Notes: a model not told the origin generated them from the sequence alone. Shown: positions 9,005 to 19,224, numbered from the stretch's first letter. The stretch is 64,000 nt of DNA from an uncultured Clostridia bacterium (GCA_947629985.1 CANRFV010000004.1:26308-90307); one strand, 5' to 3'. Program-made: numbers and translations.

Positions 9005-10492
9005 ATGAAAAAAAGATTATTGATAATCTTAATGGCACTTGTACTTTGCCTTACCTTGGGCTTTGCAGTGGCGTGCGACCCGGACAAACCCGGTCCCAAC
9101 CCCAATCCCAATCCCTCTCCCAACCCACCGAGCGGAGACATTCCCACGCAGGAAGGCAAAATCACGTTGTACTTCACTATCAAAAACGTAGGTACAATGA
9201 ACCCCAAATGCTCGTATTATATTTGCGGTTCGTTCTTCGGTGAAGGCACCGGTTGGAAAGAAGGCAACCTTGAAGGTAAACTTACCAATATCGAAGGTAC
9301 CGACACATATTACTGCTTTGCGGATCCGTCCAGAGCAACGCCCGGCGCCGGTTTCAAAATCGTTATCGGTTACAACGAAACCAGCGGCGTAGACGTATCG
9401 CAACAAGGTCCGTTCTGGTCTAACGAAGGTTTCGGTCCTTGGCCCGCAGCGTCCGCCGACAACACCATTCCCGAATACGAAGCAGGCGCAACGTCTGTTT
9501 TCTGCCCGCTCAACTACGATCCCGCAGAATATTCCGACGTTATCGAATTCGACGGCAGTCTGGGAGATCCCGTTCCCGTTACCAACTTCCGTTTGAGAGT
9601 TAGTTTCGTAAAGGGACAACTTGACCCCGACAAGGCAGTGGTTTACATTCTCGGCGGCTTTACAAGTTGGGCTAACACCCCGGCAGACGAAAGAATAATC
9701 GCTTCCTACAACGAAGATGTTTCCGAAGAAGTTGACGTTTGGGAACTTACCATTGCCGAAATGTTTGCAAAACCCGACGTAGACTATCTCGTAGTCGTAT
9801 TCCCCCACGGACTTGAAGGTTTGACTCCGCTTGACGACGACGGCAACGTAGCAGACGCCGCAACGGCAACCGTTTGGTATTACTTCAATGCCGAAGGCAG
9901 CGATGCAATAAAAGTTGCGGACGGCACTGCAAATATGAAGACTGCCGTAACAAGCAGCGACAACAATCAATACATCGACCTTGCCGGAACTATCAGCGAA
10001 GCGTATGTCGGAACCCCGGCAAAAGGACTTGATACTACTCTTGTCGGAGAAGACGGCGTATTGGATATGAACGCTGACCAACCCACCGTTGAAGTATCCT
10101 TGAAAGTTAAATTTGCGAGCGCCGTTGCTGCGGATCTGCACGTTTATCTTATCGGCGATCTCAACAGTTGGGAAGCGGTTGAAATGACTGCAAATGCCGA
10201 TCGTACGGAATTTACCGCAAAATTGACTATGTATCAAAGAGACGCGGCTGCGTTGCTCAGCGGCGCTAAAAACGAGCGTCCCGACGGTGCTTGCCAATAC
10301 AAAGTGGTTTTGGCTACAGGCGCTTTCAGTTGGGAAGATACGACCCGTATTGACATCGGTTGCGCAGGCGACACAGACGGCGGCAGCGAAGTTCTCGTTA
10401 AACAAGGCGCTAAGAACTACGGACAAAAAGGTTTTACCGTAGAAGGTCCGAACGAACTGTTTGACGGCGCGGTAATCGAACTCCCCGCTTAA
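9005..10492 (+). CDS. Surface lipoprotein with Pro/Asn linker and three CBM-like repeats (putative alpha-glucan binding)
   Basis: Signal peptide plus lipobox (LGFAVAC), then PGPNPNPNPSPNPP. There are three ~130-aa segments, each with a hydrophobic-G-x-F/L-x-x-W signature (YYICGSFFGEGTGW, VYILGGFTSWAN, VYLIGDLNSWEAV). It lies at the head of the starch/maltodextrin locus. The function is inferred. Confidence 0.55.
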   Translation: MKKRLLIILMALVLCLTLGFAVACDPDKPGPNPNPNPSPNPPSGDIPTQEGKITLYFTIKNVGTMNPKCSYYICGSFFGEGTGWKEGNLEGKLTNIEGTDTYYCFADPSRATPGAGFKIVIGYNETSGVDVSQQGPFWSNEGFGPWPAASADNTIPEYEAGATSVFCPLNYDPAEYSDVIEFDGSLGDPVPVTNFRLRVSFVKGQLDPDKAVVYILGGFTSWANTPADERIIASYNEDVSEEVDVWELTIAEMFAKPDVDYLVVVFPHGLEGLTPLDDDGNVADAATATVWYYFNAEGSDAIKVADGTANMKTAVTSSDNNQYIDLAGTISEAYVGTPAKGLDTTLVGEDGVLDMNADQPTVEVSLKVKFASAVAADLHVYLIGDLNSWEAVEMTANADRTEFTAKLTMYQRDAAALLSGAKNERPDGACQYKVVLATGAFSWEDTTRIDIGCAGDTDGGSEVLVKQGAKNYGQKGFTVEGPNELFDGAVIELPA

Positions 10493-10505
10493 TTGCAATG
10501 TAATT

Positions 10506-10558
10506 AAGGCTCACACTGCCGTAACGCTTGTTTGTTGCGGCAGTGAAAGCCTTTTTTT
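10506..10558 (+). terminator. Rho-independent terminator after the lipoprotein gene
   Basis: AAGGCTCACACTGCCG...CGGCAGTGAAAGCCTT stem followed by TTTTT. Confidence 0.7.
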
Positions 10559-10636
10559 CGGAATTGGAAAATAACTGCGATATCGCAGTACAAAATAATA
10601 TCCCGCAAGGGAAATAAAAAAACGGAGAAACAATAT

Positions 10637-12352
10637 ATGAAAAAAACTGTTACAAAAATTTTGTGCGTTGTCCTTTCCGTGCTGATGATGGGGGGAATCG
10701 TCTCCGCATTGGCAGCATGCCAAGGCAGCGTAATACTTGTTTGGGGTCCGGACGATCACGAAGCGATTTACAAAGAGTATCTTGCCAAGTTTGCCGAAAC
10801 CCACAAAGATCGACTTGCAGGTTACAAGTTCGGCTATGCCGGCAGCGGCGACGCGGGCGCGTACGACGCAATGTCGGTTGACGTAAAGGGCGGCGCAGGC
10901 GTTTACACGTTTGCCAACGACCAAACGGCTAACCTTCGTAACGCGGGCGCGTTGGCGGTTGTAAACGGGGCCAATCTCGAATGGTCCATTGCCAACAACA
11001 GCGCAGCCGCAGTAGAATCCACCAAGTTGAGCGACGGCAGAAGTTACGCATATCCTTTGCAAGCGGATAACGGTTACTATATGTACTACAACAAGTCCGC
11101 TTTCCGCGGAACCGACGTTTGGGACGAAGAAAACGACTGCCTTAAAGAAGAATATACTTTCCGCGATCTGTATGCCGCTTTGCAATCGCACGGCACCGAA
11201 AAGACCAAGTATACATCCGAAGTTAGGATAAAGACCGGCGAAGTAGACAAAAACGGTAAACCCATTTACAGCGAAGAAACAGAGAAAAGAGAAGTAGAAG
11301 TAGAATGGGCAAAAGGCGTTGTGTCTTGGCCTATGGGCGACAGCTGGTACGGCAGCGGCGTATTCTTTGCGGTAGGCGGCGACTACAACGTTGCATACGA
11401 CGCCAAAGGTAAGCAAATCAACGCCGACGCTTGGTTCGGTTACACTTTGCCCGACGGAGTAGACGATTGGCACAAGGGTGATTTTACTATCGGTAACAAC
11501 GCCGTACAATGTATGAAGAATACGTTTGTTCTTGCCGACGGCACGGTAAGCACCAACTATCTGTACACCGACGGTAATGCGGCGCCTCTTAACGATTACA
11601 TCACGTATCACACCGACTTCAACGACGCTATGCACTGGGGAAAACAGCCCTTGGCAGCGGTTGTATGCGGCACCTGGAAAGCGAAAGAATTGCAACTTGC
11701 TTGGGGCGACGACTATGCGGCAACCGTTCTTCCCATTTTGGAAAACGACCAAGGTCAACGCTTTACAATGAAGAACTTTGCAGGTTACAAAAATATGGGC
11801 GTAAACCCCAACTGCGCTTTCGTTGTTGACGCTCCCGAAAGCGAAAGATTGGATCGTCTTAACCTGTTGCACGAGTTGGCACAATATCTGTGCGGACCGG
11901 AAATTTCCATTGCACGTTACAAGGCAACAGGCGCAGGCCCCGCTAACTTGCAGGCATTGGCAGACCCCGAAATCGCTAACGACGCGGCGTTGTTGGCTCT
12001 TAACGCTCAGTACGATCGCGTATGCGTATATCCCGAAGGATATCACGGCTACGAATATGAGTTTGACGTAAAGGAAGTTACTTCCCAAGACGAGAACGGT
12101 AACGACGTAATAACTTACGAATTTACGCGTAACCGCGTCGAAAAGAACGGCGGCGACCCCGTAGGCAACGGCAAAGGTTTCCGTACGCAGGACAGCGTTC
12201 CCGCAAACTATTGGACGCCCATTCAAAACTTCGGCAATACGTTGTACAACGAATTGACCGGCAAAACATCCTTAACGAACTTTGCCAACAACACCAGCAT
12301 CATGCAATATCTTAAACAGTTGCAGGGCGACATTCAAAACTCCGCACAATAA
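10637..12352 (+). CDS. ABC transporter sugar-binding lipoprotein (maltodextrin/alpha-glucan type, oversized)
   Basis: Lipobox (SALAAC). Family-1 SBP-like N-terminus (VILVWGPDDHEAIYKEYLAKF). Immediately followed by MalF/MalG-like permeases. 571 aa, compared with about 420 for a typical SBP. Confidence 0.8.
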   Translation: MKKTVTKILCVVLSVLMMGGIVSALAACQGSVILVWGPDDHEAIYKEYLAKFAETHKDRLAGYKFGYAGSGDAGAYDAMSVDVKGGAGVYTFANDQTANLRNAGALAVVNGANLEWSIANNSAAAVESTKLSDGRSYAYPLQADNGYYMYYNKSAFRGTDVWDEENDCLKEEYTFRDLYAALQSHGTEKTKYTSEVRIKTGEVDKNGKPIYSEETEKREVEVEWAKGVVSWPMGDSWYGSGVFFAVGGDYNVAYDAKGKQINADAWFGYTLPDGVDDWHKGDFTIGNNAVQCMKNTFVLADGTVSTNYLYTDGNAAPLNDYITYHTDFNDAMHWGKQPLAAVVCGTWKAKELQLAWGDDYAATVLPILENDQGQRFTMKNFAGYKNMGVNPNCAFVVDAPESERLDRLNLLHELAQYLCGPEISIARYKATGAGPANLQALADPEIANDAALLALNAQYDRVCVYPEGYHGYEYEFDVKEVTSQDENGNDVITYEFTRNRVEKNGGDPVGNGKGFRTQDSVPANYWTPIQNFGNTLYNELTGKTSLTNFANNTSIMQYLKQLQGDIQNSAQ

Positions 12353-12476
12353 GATAGCCTTGACGGTGCAATGGTCGGCAAGCGAGTATTGACGGTACGC
12401 TTGCAATATTCCGAACGAATATTTGCACACAATTACCATTGATACTTATGCCGACGACAAGCCAAGTGTTTTACAA

Positions 12477-12507
12477 CTACCCCCAAGGCACTTGCCCTTG
12501 GGGGTAG
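12477..12507 (+). promoter_or_regulatory. Intercistronic 12-bp perfect stem-loop between the SBP and permease genes
   Basis: CTACCCCCAAGG-cacttgc-CCTTGGGGGTAG with no U-tract after it. The position is analogous to mRNA-stabilising hairpins after malE-type genes. Confidence 0.5.
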
Positions 12508-12544
12508 CGGTAATTATAAGCACGTTAGTATTAAAGGAGAAATA

Positions 12545-14074
12545 ATGAGACAGATTTCAACTTTGGAATATTTGTCCATGTCCAAAGCGAGACGGGCGTG
12601 GTTCAAATTTTCTTCATTTATACTCAATATTCCAAGGGCGATCGGTCGTTGGTTCCGCAACTTACCGCACAAATTCGGCGCATTTTTCGGCAAGATCGGC
12701 GGTTGGTTTGCGGGATTGTTTGACGCACTTCGCTACGGCAATTGGAAAACTCGCATGTCTGCCCTTATTTTGGGCTTTGGGTGCTTTGCCTATCATCAGA
12801 TAGGCAGGGGCTTACTGTATTTGTTATACGAAATAATATTTGTGTTGTTTATGGTGTTCTTCGGGGCAAAATACATAGCTAAATTGGGCACTTTGGGCGA
12901 CGTTGCTCAGGTGCGCGACCCCGACACCGACCTGGTACTAATAGAAGGCGACAACTCGTTTAGTATTTTGTTGTATTCTATGCTTACCATTGCGGTCATC
13001 GTATTTACGTTGATCATTTGGGTCAAGTCTATCAAGGACGCATACAACAATCAATTGGGCTATTCCATCGCTCAACGCGCCGCTTCCGCCAAGGACGACG
13101 TGGGACAATTGTTAAACCACAAGTTCCACCTTACCATATTGGCGTTTCCGTCGTTGACGTTGGTGGTATTTACCATAGTGCCGTTGATGTTTATGATATT
13201 GGTGGCATTTACCAACTACAACCGCAATACGATTCCTCCCGCAAACCTGTTTACCTGGGTGGGGTTTGACAACTTTGCCGCGGTACTTACAGGTCAAGCC
13301 AAGGGACTTAGCGGCGCGCAAGACGCAAGCCGTTGGAGTTACACATTCTGGCGCATACTCGGTTGGACAATGGAATGGGCAGTGCTTGCCACGTTTACCA
13401 ACCTGTTCTTGGGCATGATCGTCGCTCTTATCATCAACAAAAAGAGCATCAAACTCAAAAAGTTTTGGCGTACTTGCCTGGTAACGGTTGTTGCGGTTCC
13501 GCAATTCGTTTCGTTGCTGTTGGTATCCAAGATGCTCAACAACGCAGGTATTTTCAACTCGATTCTGTTCAGTTTGGGATTGCCCACCGTCGACTGGCTG
13601 CACGAAAGCGCTTCGCTTGCCAAGTTTATGATAGTTGTCGTAAACCTGTGGGTAGGCGTGCCGCACACCGTGCTTACTTGTACGGGTATATTGATGAATA
13701 TTCCCGACGACTTGTACGAGGCGGCAAAGATAGACGGTGCAAACCCCGTAAAAATGTTCAGCAAAATTACGTTGCCGTATATGATGTTTGTATTGGGTCC
13801 CAGCCTTATTACGACATTTGTAGGCAACATCAACAACTTTAACTTGATATTCCTGCTTACGGGCGGTTCTACCGGTATTGCCGACTCTCGTTTGGCAACG
13901 CAGGCAGGCGACCTTGACCTGTTGATAACTTGGCTGTACAAACTTACCGTCAACGGACAACAGTACGACGTCGCTTCCGTAATAGGTATTTTGATATTTA
14001 TTGTTGTTGCATTCTTCTCGTTGATTGTGTATTCGAGAATCGGTTCTGTTAAGAACGAGGAGGACTTCCAATAA
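12545..14074 (+). CDS. ABC sugar permease, MalF-like
   Basis: 509 aa, multi-TM, with EAA loop ..LYEAAKIDGANPVKMFSKITLPYM.. Confidence 0.85.
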   Translation: MRQISTLEYLSMSKARRAWFKFSSFILNIPRAIGRWFRNLPHKFGAFFGKIGGWFAGLFDALRYGNWKTRMSALILGFGCFAYHQIGRGLLYLLYEIIFVLFMVFFGAKYIAKLGTLGDVAQVRDPDTDLVLIEGDNSFSILLYSMLTIAVIVFTLIIWVKSIKDAYNNQLGYSIAQRAASAKDDVGQLLNHKFHLTILAFPSLTLVVFTIVPLMFMILVAFTNYNRNTIPPANLFTWVGFDNFAAVLTGQAKGLSGAQDASRWSYTFWRILGWTMEWAVLATFTNLFLGMIVALIINKKSIKLKKFWRTCLVTVVAVPQFVSLLLVSKMLNNAGIFNSILFSLGLPTVDWLHESASLAKFMIVVVNLWVGVPHTVLTCTGILMNIPDDLYEAAKIDGANPVKMFSKITLPYMMFVLGPSLITTFVGNINNFNLIFLLTGGSTGIADSRLATQAGDLDLLITWLYKLTVNGQQYDVASVIGILIFIVVAFFSLIVYSRIGSVKNEEDFQ

Positions 14075-14943
14075 TGAAATACTTAAAAACATCCAAAAAA
14101 AGCGCCAAGGGCGCAATAATAGACAGTTTTATATACCTGCTGTTGGCAATAATAAGTATCATTTGGGTCTTTCCGTTTGTGTATCTGATTTTGTGCTCTT
14201 TGCGCGGCGAATCCGGCGGTATGGTAACGTACCTGTGGCCCAAACAAATTACCTTTGACAACTTTATATACTTGTTTAAGGGCGACTTTTTGACCTGGTA
14301 TCTCAACACGTTGATCATTGCGATAGTGGTATCCATCATCAACACATTGATCACGTTGCTTACCGCGTATGCGCTTAGCCGTATGCGTTTTAACGGCAGA
14401 CAGGCGTTGATGAAATTTATGCTTATCTTGGGCATGTTCCCCGGATTTTTGGGAATGATTTGCATTTACTATCTGTTGAATGCAATGGGAATGATCAACT
14501 CGTCGCTGTCTATTGTGGGATTGATGTTGGTGTACGTATCCGGCACAATGATGGGCTATTACGTATCCAAGGGCTTCTTCGATACCATTTCCCGCTCGCT
14601 GGACGAAGCGGCAATGATCGACGGCGCCAGCCGTGCCAAAATATTCTTCTCGATTATTTTGCCGTTGTCCAAGCCCATTATCATTCAAACGCTGTTGGGC
14701 GCATTTGTAGGCCCTTGGGGAGACTATATGATGGCAAACTACATCGTCGGCCGCGGCGGTACGGACTTCAAGACCGCAGCGATCGGCTTGTATCAAATGG
14801 TAGATACCCTGCCCGAAATAAGCGAAAACTTTACTCAGTTTTGCGCGGGCGGCGTAGTGGTATCGCTGTTGCCGATAATTATGTTCTTCTTTATGCAACG
14901 CTTCTATGTTGCAGGCGTAACGGGAGGCTCTGTAAAGGGATAG
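14074..14943 (+). CDS. ABC sugar permease, MalG-like
   Basis: 289 aa, six TM, with EAA loop ..LDEAAMIDGASRAKIFFSIILPLSKP.. It overlaps the previous gene by 1 nt. Confidence 0.85.
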   Translation: MKYLKTSKKSAKGAIIDSFIYLLLAIISIIWVFPFVYLILCSLRGESGGMVTYLWPKQITFDNFIYLFKGDFLTWYLNTLIIAIVVSIINTLITLLTAYALSRMRFNGRQALMKFMLILGMFPGFLGMICIYYLLNAMGMINSSLSIVGLMLVYVSGTMMGYYVSKGFFDTISRSLDEAAMIDGASRAKIFFSIILPLSKPIIIQTLLGAFVGPWGDYMMANYIVGRGGTDFKTAAIGLYQMVDTLPEISENFTQFCAGGVVVSLLPIIMFFFMQRFYVAGVTGGSVKG

Positions 14944-14947
14944 CATT

Positions 14948-16546
14948 ATGACAAAAAACAGAGTTGTTTCAACAGTCGCTTTGTTGTTGATAGCCGTAAC
15001 GGCGTTTGCGCTGTTTGCGGGCTGTAACAACGACGTGTTGGGTGATCTGCCCGAAACTACCGACAACTACCGTACGATGTATCAGATATTTCCCATTGCG
15101 TTTGCCGACAGCGACGGCAACGGCAAGGGCGATATTCAGGGCATAATAGACAAATTGGACTACATTGCCGATATGAACTTCGACGGAATATGGCTTACTC
15201 CCGTACACGAATCGACCACGTACCACAAGTACGACGTTGTAGATTACAAATCCATCGACGACGATTTCGGCACTTTGGAAGACTACGACCGTTTGGTGCA
15301 AGCCTGCCACGAGCGCGGAATGACCATCATTATGGACCTTGTTATCAACCACACTTCCAGCAAAAGCCAATGGTTTATCGACGCGTGCAACGCGCATTTG
15401 CGCAACAGACCGGACAATCAGTATTACAATTACTACAATTTCAGCCAAACTCAATACGGTTCCACTTGGTACAGCGTGGGTAACGGCTGGTATTACGAAG
15501 GTCAGTTTTGGAGCGAAATGCCCGATCTCAATTGGACCGAAGTACTTGAAAACCCCGATGGTTATCTTGCAAAAGATCTGGAAGAAGTAATGCGTTATTG
15601 GCTTGTCGACCACGATGTGGACGGCTTCCGCTTGGACGCGGTAGGCGAGTTTTTCAGCGGTAACGACACGCGCAATATCGAATGTCTTAAATGGATCAAC
15701 GATACAGCCAAGGCTATCAAACCCGATTGCTACATCGTGGGCGAAGGACCTTGGGGCGCCAATGCGTACAAGTATCACGAATCCGGCATCGACAGCTTTT
15801 TCCTGTTTACGCACGGTTACCGTACCGACAACTCAATAGCCATGGCGGCGCGCGGTATGCCGGGGGCATTCGGTTGGTTTGCCGACATTGATCGTACGGA
15901 CGCTTCCCGAGTGGGCTGTTACGAAGGCAGTATCCCCGCGTTGTTCATATCCAACCACGATACGGCTCGCGCTTTGGGTATATTGCAGGGCAACATCAGT
16001 GTGGACAATATGAAGATGGGCTACGCGGTAATGGCGATGTGTTGCGGCACAACGTACGTGTACTACGGCGACGAAGTGGGTATGTCGTCTTACGATACTT
16101 CGCGAGACGAAAACAAACGTCAGCCGATGCCGTGGGAAGACGAATATCTGTGCAAGCCTGTAAAAGGCTCTACAAGTGCGGAAGATACCGTAAAATATCC
16201 GTTTGGTACGGTGGAACAGAATCTTAAAGACAAAGATTCGCTTATCGCGTTTATTACCCGTGCCAACGCCGTACGCAGAGCGTTTCCCGCTATTGCGCGC
16301 GATTACGGCAAAATATTGTACGAGGACGAACAAAACGACGGTTTGGGAATAATTCAAAAGGGCGAAGGCGAAGACGCTGTGTACATTGTGGCAAACCTGT
16401 CTCACGTGTACGGTTCAACCTTGGATTTGTCGCAATTCGGCAAATTTGAGTTGCTTGCAACGTTAAATGTGAACGGCGCGCCTAAACTTAAAGGCAGCAG
16501 CATTTCGATGCCCGCTATGTCATTTGCAGTGCTACGCAAAGTTTAA
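14948..16546 (+). CDS. GH13 alpha-glycosidase (oligo-1,6-glucosidase/alpha-amylase family), lipoprotein
   Basis: Lipobox (LFAGC). GH13 regions YQIFPIAFADSDGNGKGD, IIMDLVINHTS, DGFRLDAVGEF, YIVGEGPW, FISNHDTARA. PDLNW motif as in exo-acting GH13 enzymes. Confidence 0.85.
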   Translation: MTKNRVVSTVALLLIAVTAFALFAGCNNDVLGDLPETTDNYRTMYQIFPIAFADSDGNGKGDIQGIIDKLDYIADMNFDGIWLTPVHESTTYHKYDVVDYKSIDDDFGTLEDYDRLVQACHERGMTIIMDLVINHTSSKSQWFIDACNAHLRNRPDNQYYNYYNFSQTQYGSTWYSVGNGWYYEGQFWSEMPDLNWTEVLENPDGYLAKDLEEVMRYWLVDHDVDGFRLDAVGEFFSGNDTRNIECLKWINDTAKAIKPDCYIVGEGPWGANAYKYHESGIDSFFLFTHGYRTDNSIAMAARGMPGAFGWFADIDRTDASRVGCYEGSIPALFISNHDTARALGILQGNISVDNMKMGYAVMAMCCGTTYVYYGDEVGMSSYDTSRDENKRQPMPWEDEYLCKPVKGSTSAEDTVKYPFGTVEQNLKDKDSLIAFITRANAVRRAFPAIARDYGKILYEDEQNDGLGIIQKGEGEDAVYIVANLSHVYGSTLDLSQFGKFELLATLNVNGAPKLKGSSISMPAMSFAVLRKV

Positions 16547-16576
16547 TTACAAATATTGACGGAGGAAATATAACAA

Positions 16577-19192
16577 ATGTCTAATCTGAGTTTAAGACAC
16601 ATATACAAAGTTTATCCCAACGGAGTCAAAGCAGTAAACGACTTCAATATGGAAATAGAAGACAAAGAGTTTATCGTATTCGTCGGTCCGTCCGGTTGCG
16701 GCAAATCCACAACCCTGCGTATGATTGCGGGTTTGGAAGAAATTACCGCAGGCGAACTGTACATAGGCGACAGTTTGGTAAACCGTGTGGAACCCAAGGA
16801 CAGAGATATCGCAATGGTGTTCCAAAACTACGCTCTTTACCCGCATATGACTGTTTACGAAAACCTTGCTTTCGGTTTGAGACTGAGACACATTCCCCAA
16901 GCCGAAATTCACAAAAAAGTGCTGTGGGCGGCAAAAATCTTGCGTTTGGAAGAATATCTCGACCGCAAACCCAAGGCGCTTTCCGGCGGACAACGTCAGC
17001 GTGTTTCGTTGGGCAGAGCGATCTTGCGTACCCCCAAAGTATTCCTTTTGGACGAACCGCTGAGCAACCTGGACGCCAAATTGCGTACCGAAATGCGCGC
17101 GGAAATAGCCAAATTGCACAACGAACTTAACACAACGTTTATTTACGTTACGCACGACCAGGTAGAAGCGATGACTATGGGTACCCGTATCGTAGTTATG
17201 AGCATGGGTTACGTTCAACAAATCGACACCCCGCAAAACCTGTACAACTACCCCGAAAACAAGTTTGTAGCAGGCTTTATCGGAACGCCGCAAATGAACT
17301 TTTTCGAAGCGACGCTTACCCGCAACGGCGACGTCGTTCGCGTAAAGTTTACGGGAGTAGACAAGGAACTGGAAGTTCCCTTCGAACAAATGCTTAAAGT
17401 TCGCCCCGAATACCTTACCGGCGACAAAAAGGTTATTGTCGGCTTGCGTTGCGAACACATCTCGGTTGACCCCGAAGTGCTTGCCAAATCCAAGAACATC
17501 GTTCCCATCAAGATCTCGATATTCGAAGAACTCGGTAACGAAACGCTTATTTACGGCGATATGAATACCGAAATAAGCGACCTTGCGGACAGCGGCACAC
17601 GCCTTATCGTCAAACAATACGGCGGCACGCACGACGCAAAGCGCGGCGACATAATCGACGTTGCGTTCGATATGTCCAAGGCGCATTTCTTCGACATCGA
17701 AACCGAGCAGACGATCGCTCCGCGTATCCCCGTTGACAACGTATTCGACGCAAAAGTGGACGGCGGCAAACTTACCCTTTTGGATACGGAAGTTGCCCTT
17801 CCCGCAGCGGTTGCGGCTCAAATAGGCGGTCTCAAAGCCGACGACGCGTCGTTGCTTATCCCCACCGACGCCTTGCACGAAGGCGGCAACGATCTTGTTG
17901 CCAAAGTGGTGGAAGAAGAAATTATCAACAACGTTCGCATTACGCACTTGCGTATCGGTAGCCGTACGTTCTTTATGCTTAACGGTTCCGAACACAAAGC
18001 GGGCGACAAAGTTTCGTTGGCAATCGACTTCAAAAAGATCTCCATCAGCCGCGGCGGCGAAACGATAGTAAAACCGCTGCCCGAGTACGACACGTTCTAC
18101 GGTTCGTATTTCGACAGATCCAACGCTTCTCGTTCGATCGGTCAACTTGTAAAGTATTACAACTCGCTCAAAAAGAAAGAACTTACCGAACACAACAAAA
18201 AGTTGCAAGCGGCAATTTCCGAAGTGGTACTTCAACCGTCGGTGTTGGCAAGCATCAAGCAAGATTATGCCGATAAGAAGAAGGAAATTCAGGGCAATAT
18301 GTCTTATCGTCTCGGAACGGAAAGTTTGGGTAAGGAAGGCAAAAAGAAGGTAAAGGCGGAAGCCGCCGAGGCTCTTGCCCAAGCCACAAGAGATTATCAG
18401 GCGCAGGTTGAAGAGTACAACACCAAAAAAGCCGCTTACGACGCTCTTCCCGACGACGAAAAAGCCGTCCGCGTACAGAAAGTAGAGCAAATTAAGGCAC
18501 AGTATGCCGAACAAGCGAAAGCGATAGAAGCAAGATACGCCGAAATCATCAGCGAAATTCTATCCAATATCGGTAGCGTGGGCGCATTGTTGCAACCTAT
18601 CGAAAAGGACAACGCGGCTGTCGCTGCGAGCGAAGCGGCGGAAGTAAATCAAAAATACGCCGAACTCAAAGCGCAAAAGATCAAAGAGTGCGACGACGCG
18701 ATCGAACAAGCCAAAGCAAATGTTGCCACAAGCACCGGTCCGGACAAAGACAGAGCGATCATTGAACTTAAAGAAGCCAAACGCGCCAAGGTGGATACCC
18801 TTAACGCTTTGGTTGCGGAAAACAATGCCGCAGTAGACGACGTAATGTTCAAATCCAAAGTATTTGCGGCGTACATCAACGGCACCCCGACAATTACCAC
18901 CTTGGAGATCAACAAAAAGATCGTCAAAGGTTTGGGCGCGCAACTGTTCCTTAGCCATTACCGTTTCGAAGTTCCGCACGACGCTTACACCGTTGGCGAC
19001 AGCGGCATAACGGTAGTTGTGGAAAACGTTATCGATTACGGCGCGGAACAGTACGCCAAGTGCAATTTGCACGGCGAAACAGTCTACGTCAAGGTTGACG
19101 CTCCTTGCAAGGCGGGTCAGGAATTTAAATTGCAGATCGCAATCGACCGCGCAAGAATATTCGAAAACCTGTTCGACATCAGACTGTACTGA
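16577..19192 (+). CDS. MalK/MsmX-type ABC ATPase with ~500-aa C-terminal extension
   Basis: Residues 1 to ~385 form a complete MalK-like unit (GPSGCGKST, LSGGQRQRV, LLDEPLSNLD, plus a regulatory/TOBE-like part ending ..AHFFDIETEQTI). A second beta-rich segment follows, then a K/E/A-rich helical stretch, then a terminal TOBE-like segment (..VYVKVDAPCKAGQEFKLQIAIDRARIFE). Confidence 0.85.
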   Translation: MSNLSLRHIYKVYPNGVKAVNDFNMEIEDKEFIVFVGPSGCGKSTTLRMIAGLEEITAGELYIGDSLVNRVEPKDRDIAMVFQNYALYPHMTVYENLAFGLRLRHIPQAEIHKKVLWAAKILRLEEYLDRKPKALSGGQRQRVSLGRAILRTPKVFLLDEPLSNLDAKLRTEMRAEIAKLHNELNTTFIYVTHDQVEAMTMGTRIVVMSMGYVQQIDTPQNLYNYPENKFVAGFIGTPQMNFFEATLTRNGDVVRVKFTGVDKELEVPFEQMLKVRPEYLTGDKKVIVGLRCEHISVDPEVLAKSKNIVPIKISIFEELGNETLIYGDMNTEISDLADSGTRLIVKQYGGTHDAKRGDIIDVAFDMSKAHFFDIETEQTIAPRIPVDNVFDAKVDGGKLTLLDTEVALPAAVAAQIGGLKADDASLLIPTDALHEGGNDLVAKVVEEEIINNVRITHLRIGSRTFFMLNGSEHKAGDKVSLAIDFKKISISRGGETIVKPLPEYDTFYGSYFDRSNASRSIGQLVKYYNSLKKKELTEHNKKLQAAISEVVLQPSVLASIKQDYADKKKEIQGNMSYRLGTESLGKEGKKKVKAEAAEALAQATRDYQAQVEEYNTKKAAYDALPDDEKAVRVQKVEQIKAQYAEQAKAIEARYAEIISEILSNIGSVGALLQPIEKDNAAVAASEAAEVNQKYAELKAQKIKECDDAIEQAKANVATSTGPDKDRAIIELKEAKRAKVDTLNALVAENNAAVDDVMFKSKVFAAYINGTPTITTLEINKKIVKGLGAQLFLSHYRFEVPHDAYTVGDSGITVVVENVIDYGAEQYAKCNLHGETVYVKVDAPCKAGQEFKLQIAIDRARIFENLFDIRLY

Positions 19193-19224
19193 TAATTGTT
19201 GTAACGTTATTATAACAAATATGC

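Noticed and set aside
10511-12226. Long antisense ORFs opposite real genes. They are 10511-12226, 9029-10498, 13112-14116, 14083-15066, 16592-18514, 20161-21813, 24530-25510, 57334-58602, 58707-59552, 60748-61959 and 63065-63943, plus 195-935 and 1439-2848 on the plus strand.
   Set aside because: Each lies opposite a CDS with clear family signatures (SBP, permeases, ABC ATPase, pullulanase, GH13, GPH, pdp, GH95-like, tatD, metG). Their translations are low-complexity, Arg/Val/Phe-rich, and lack RBSs.
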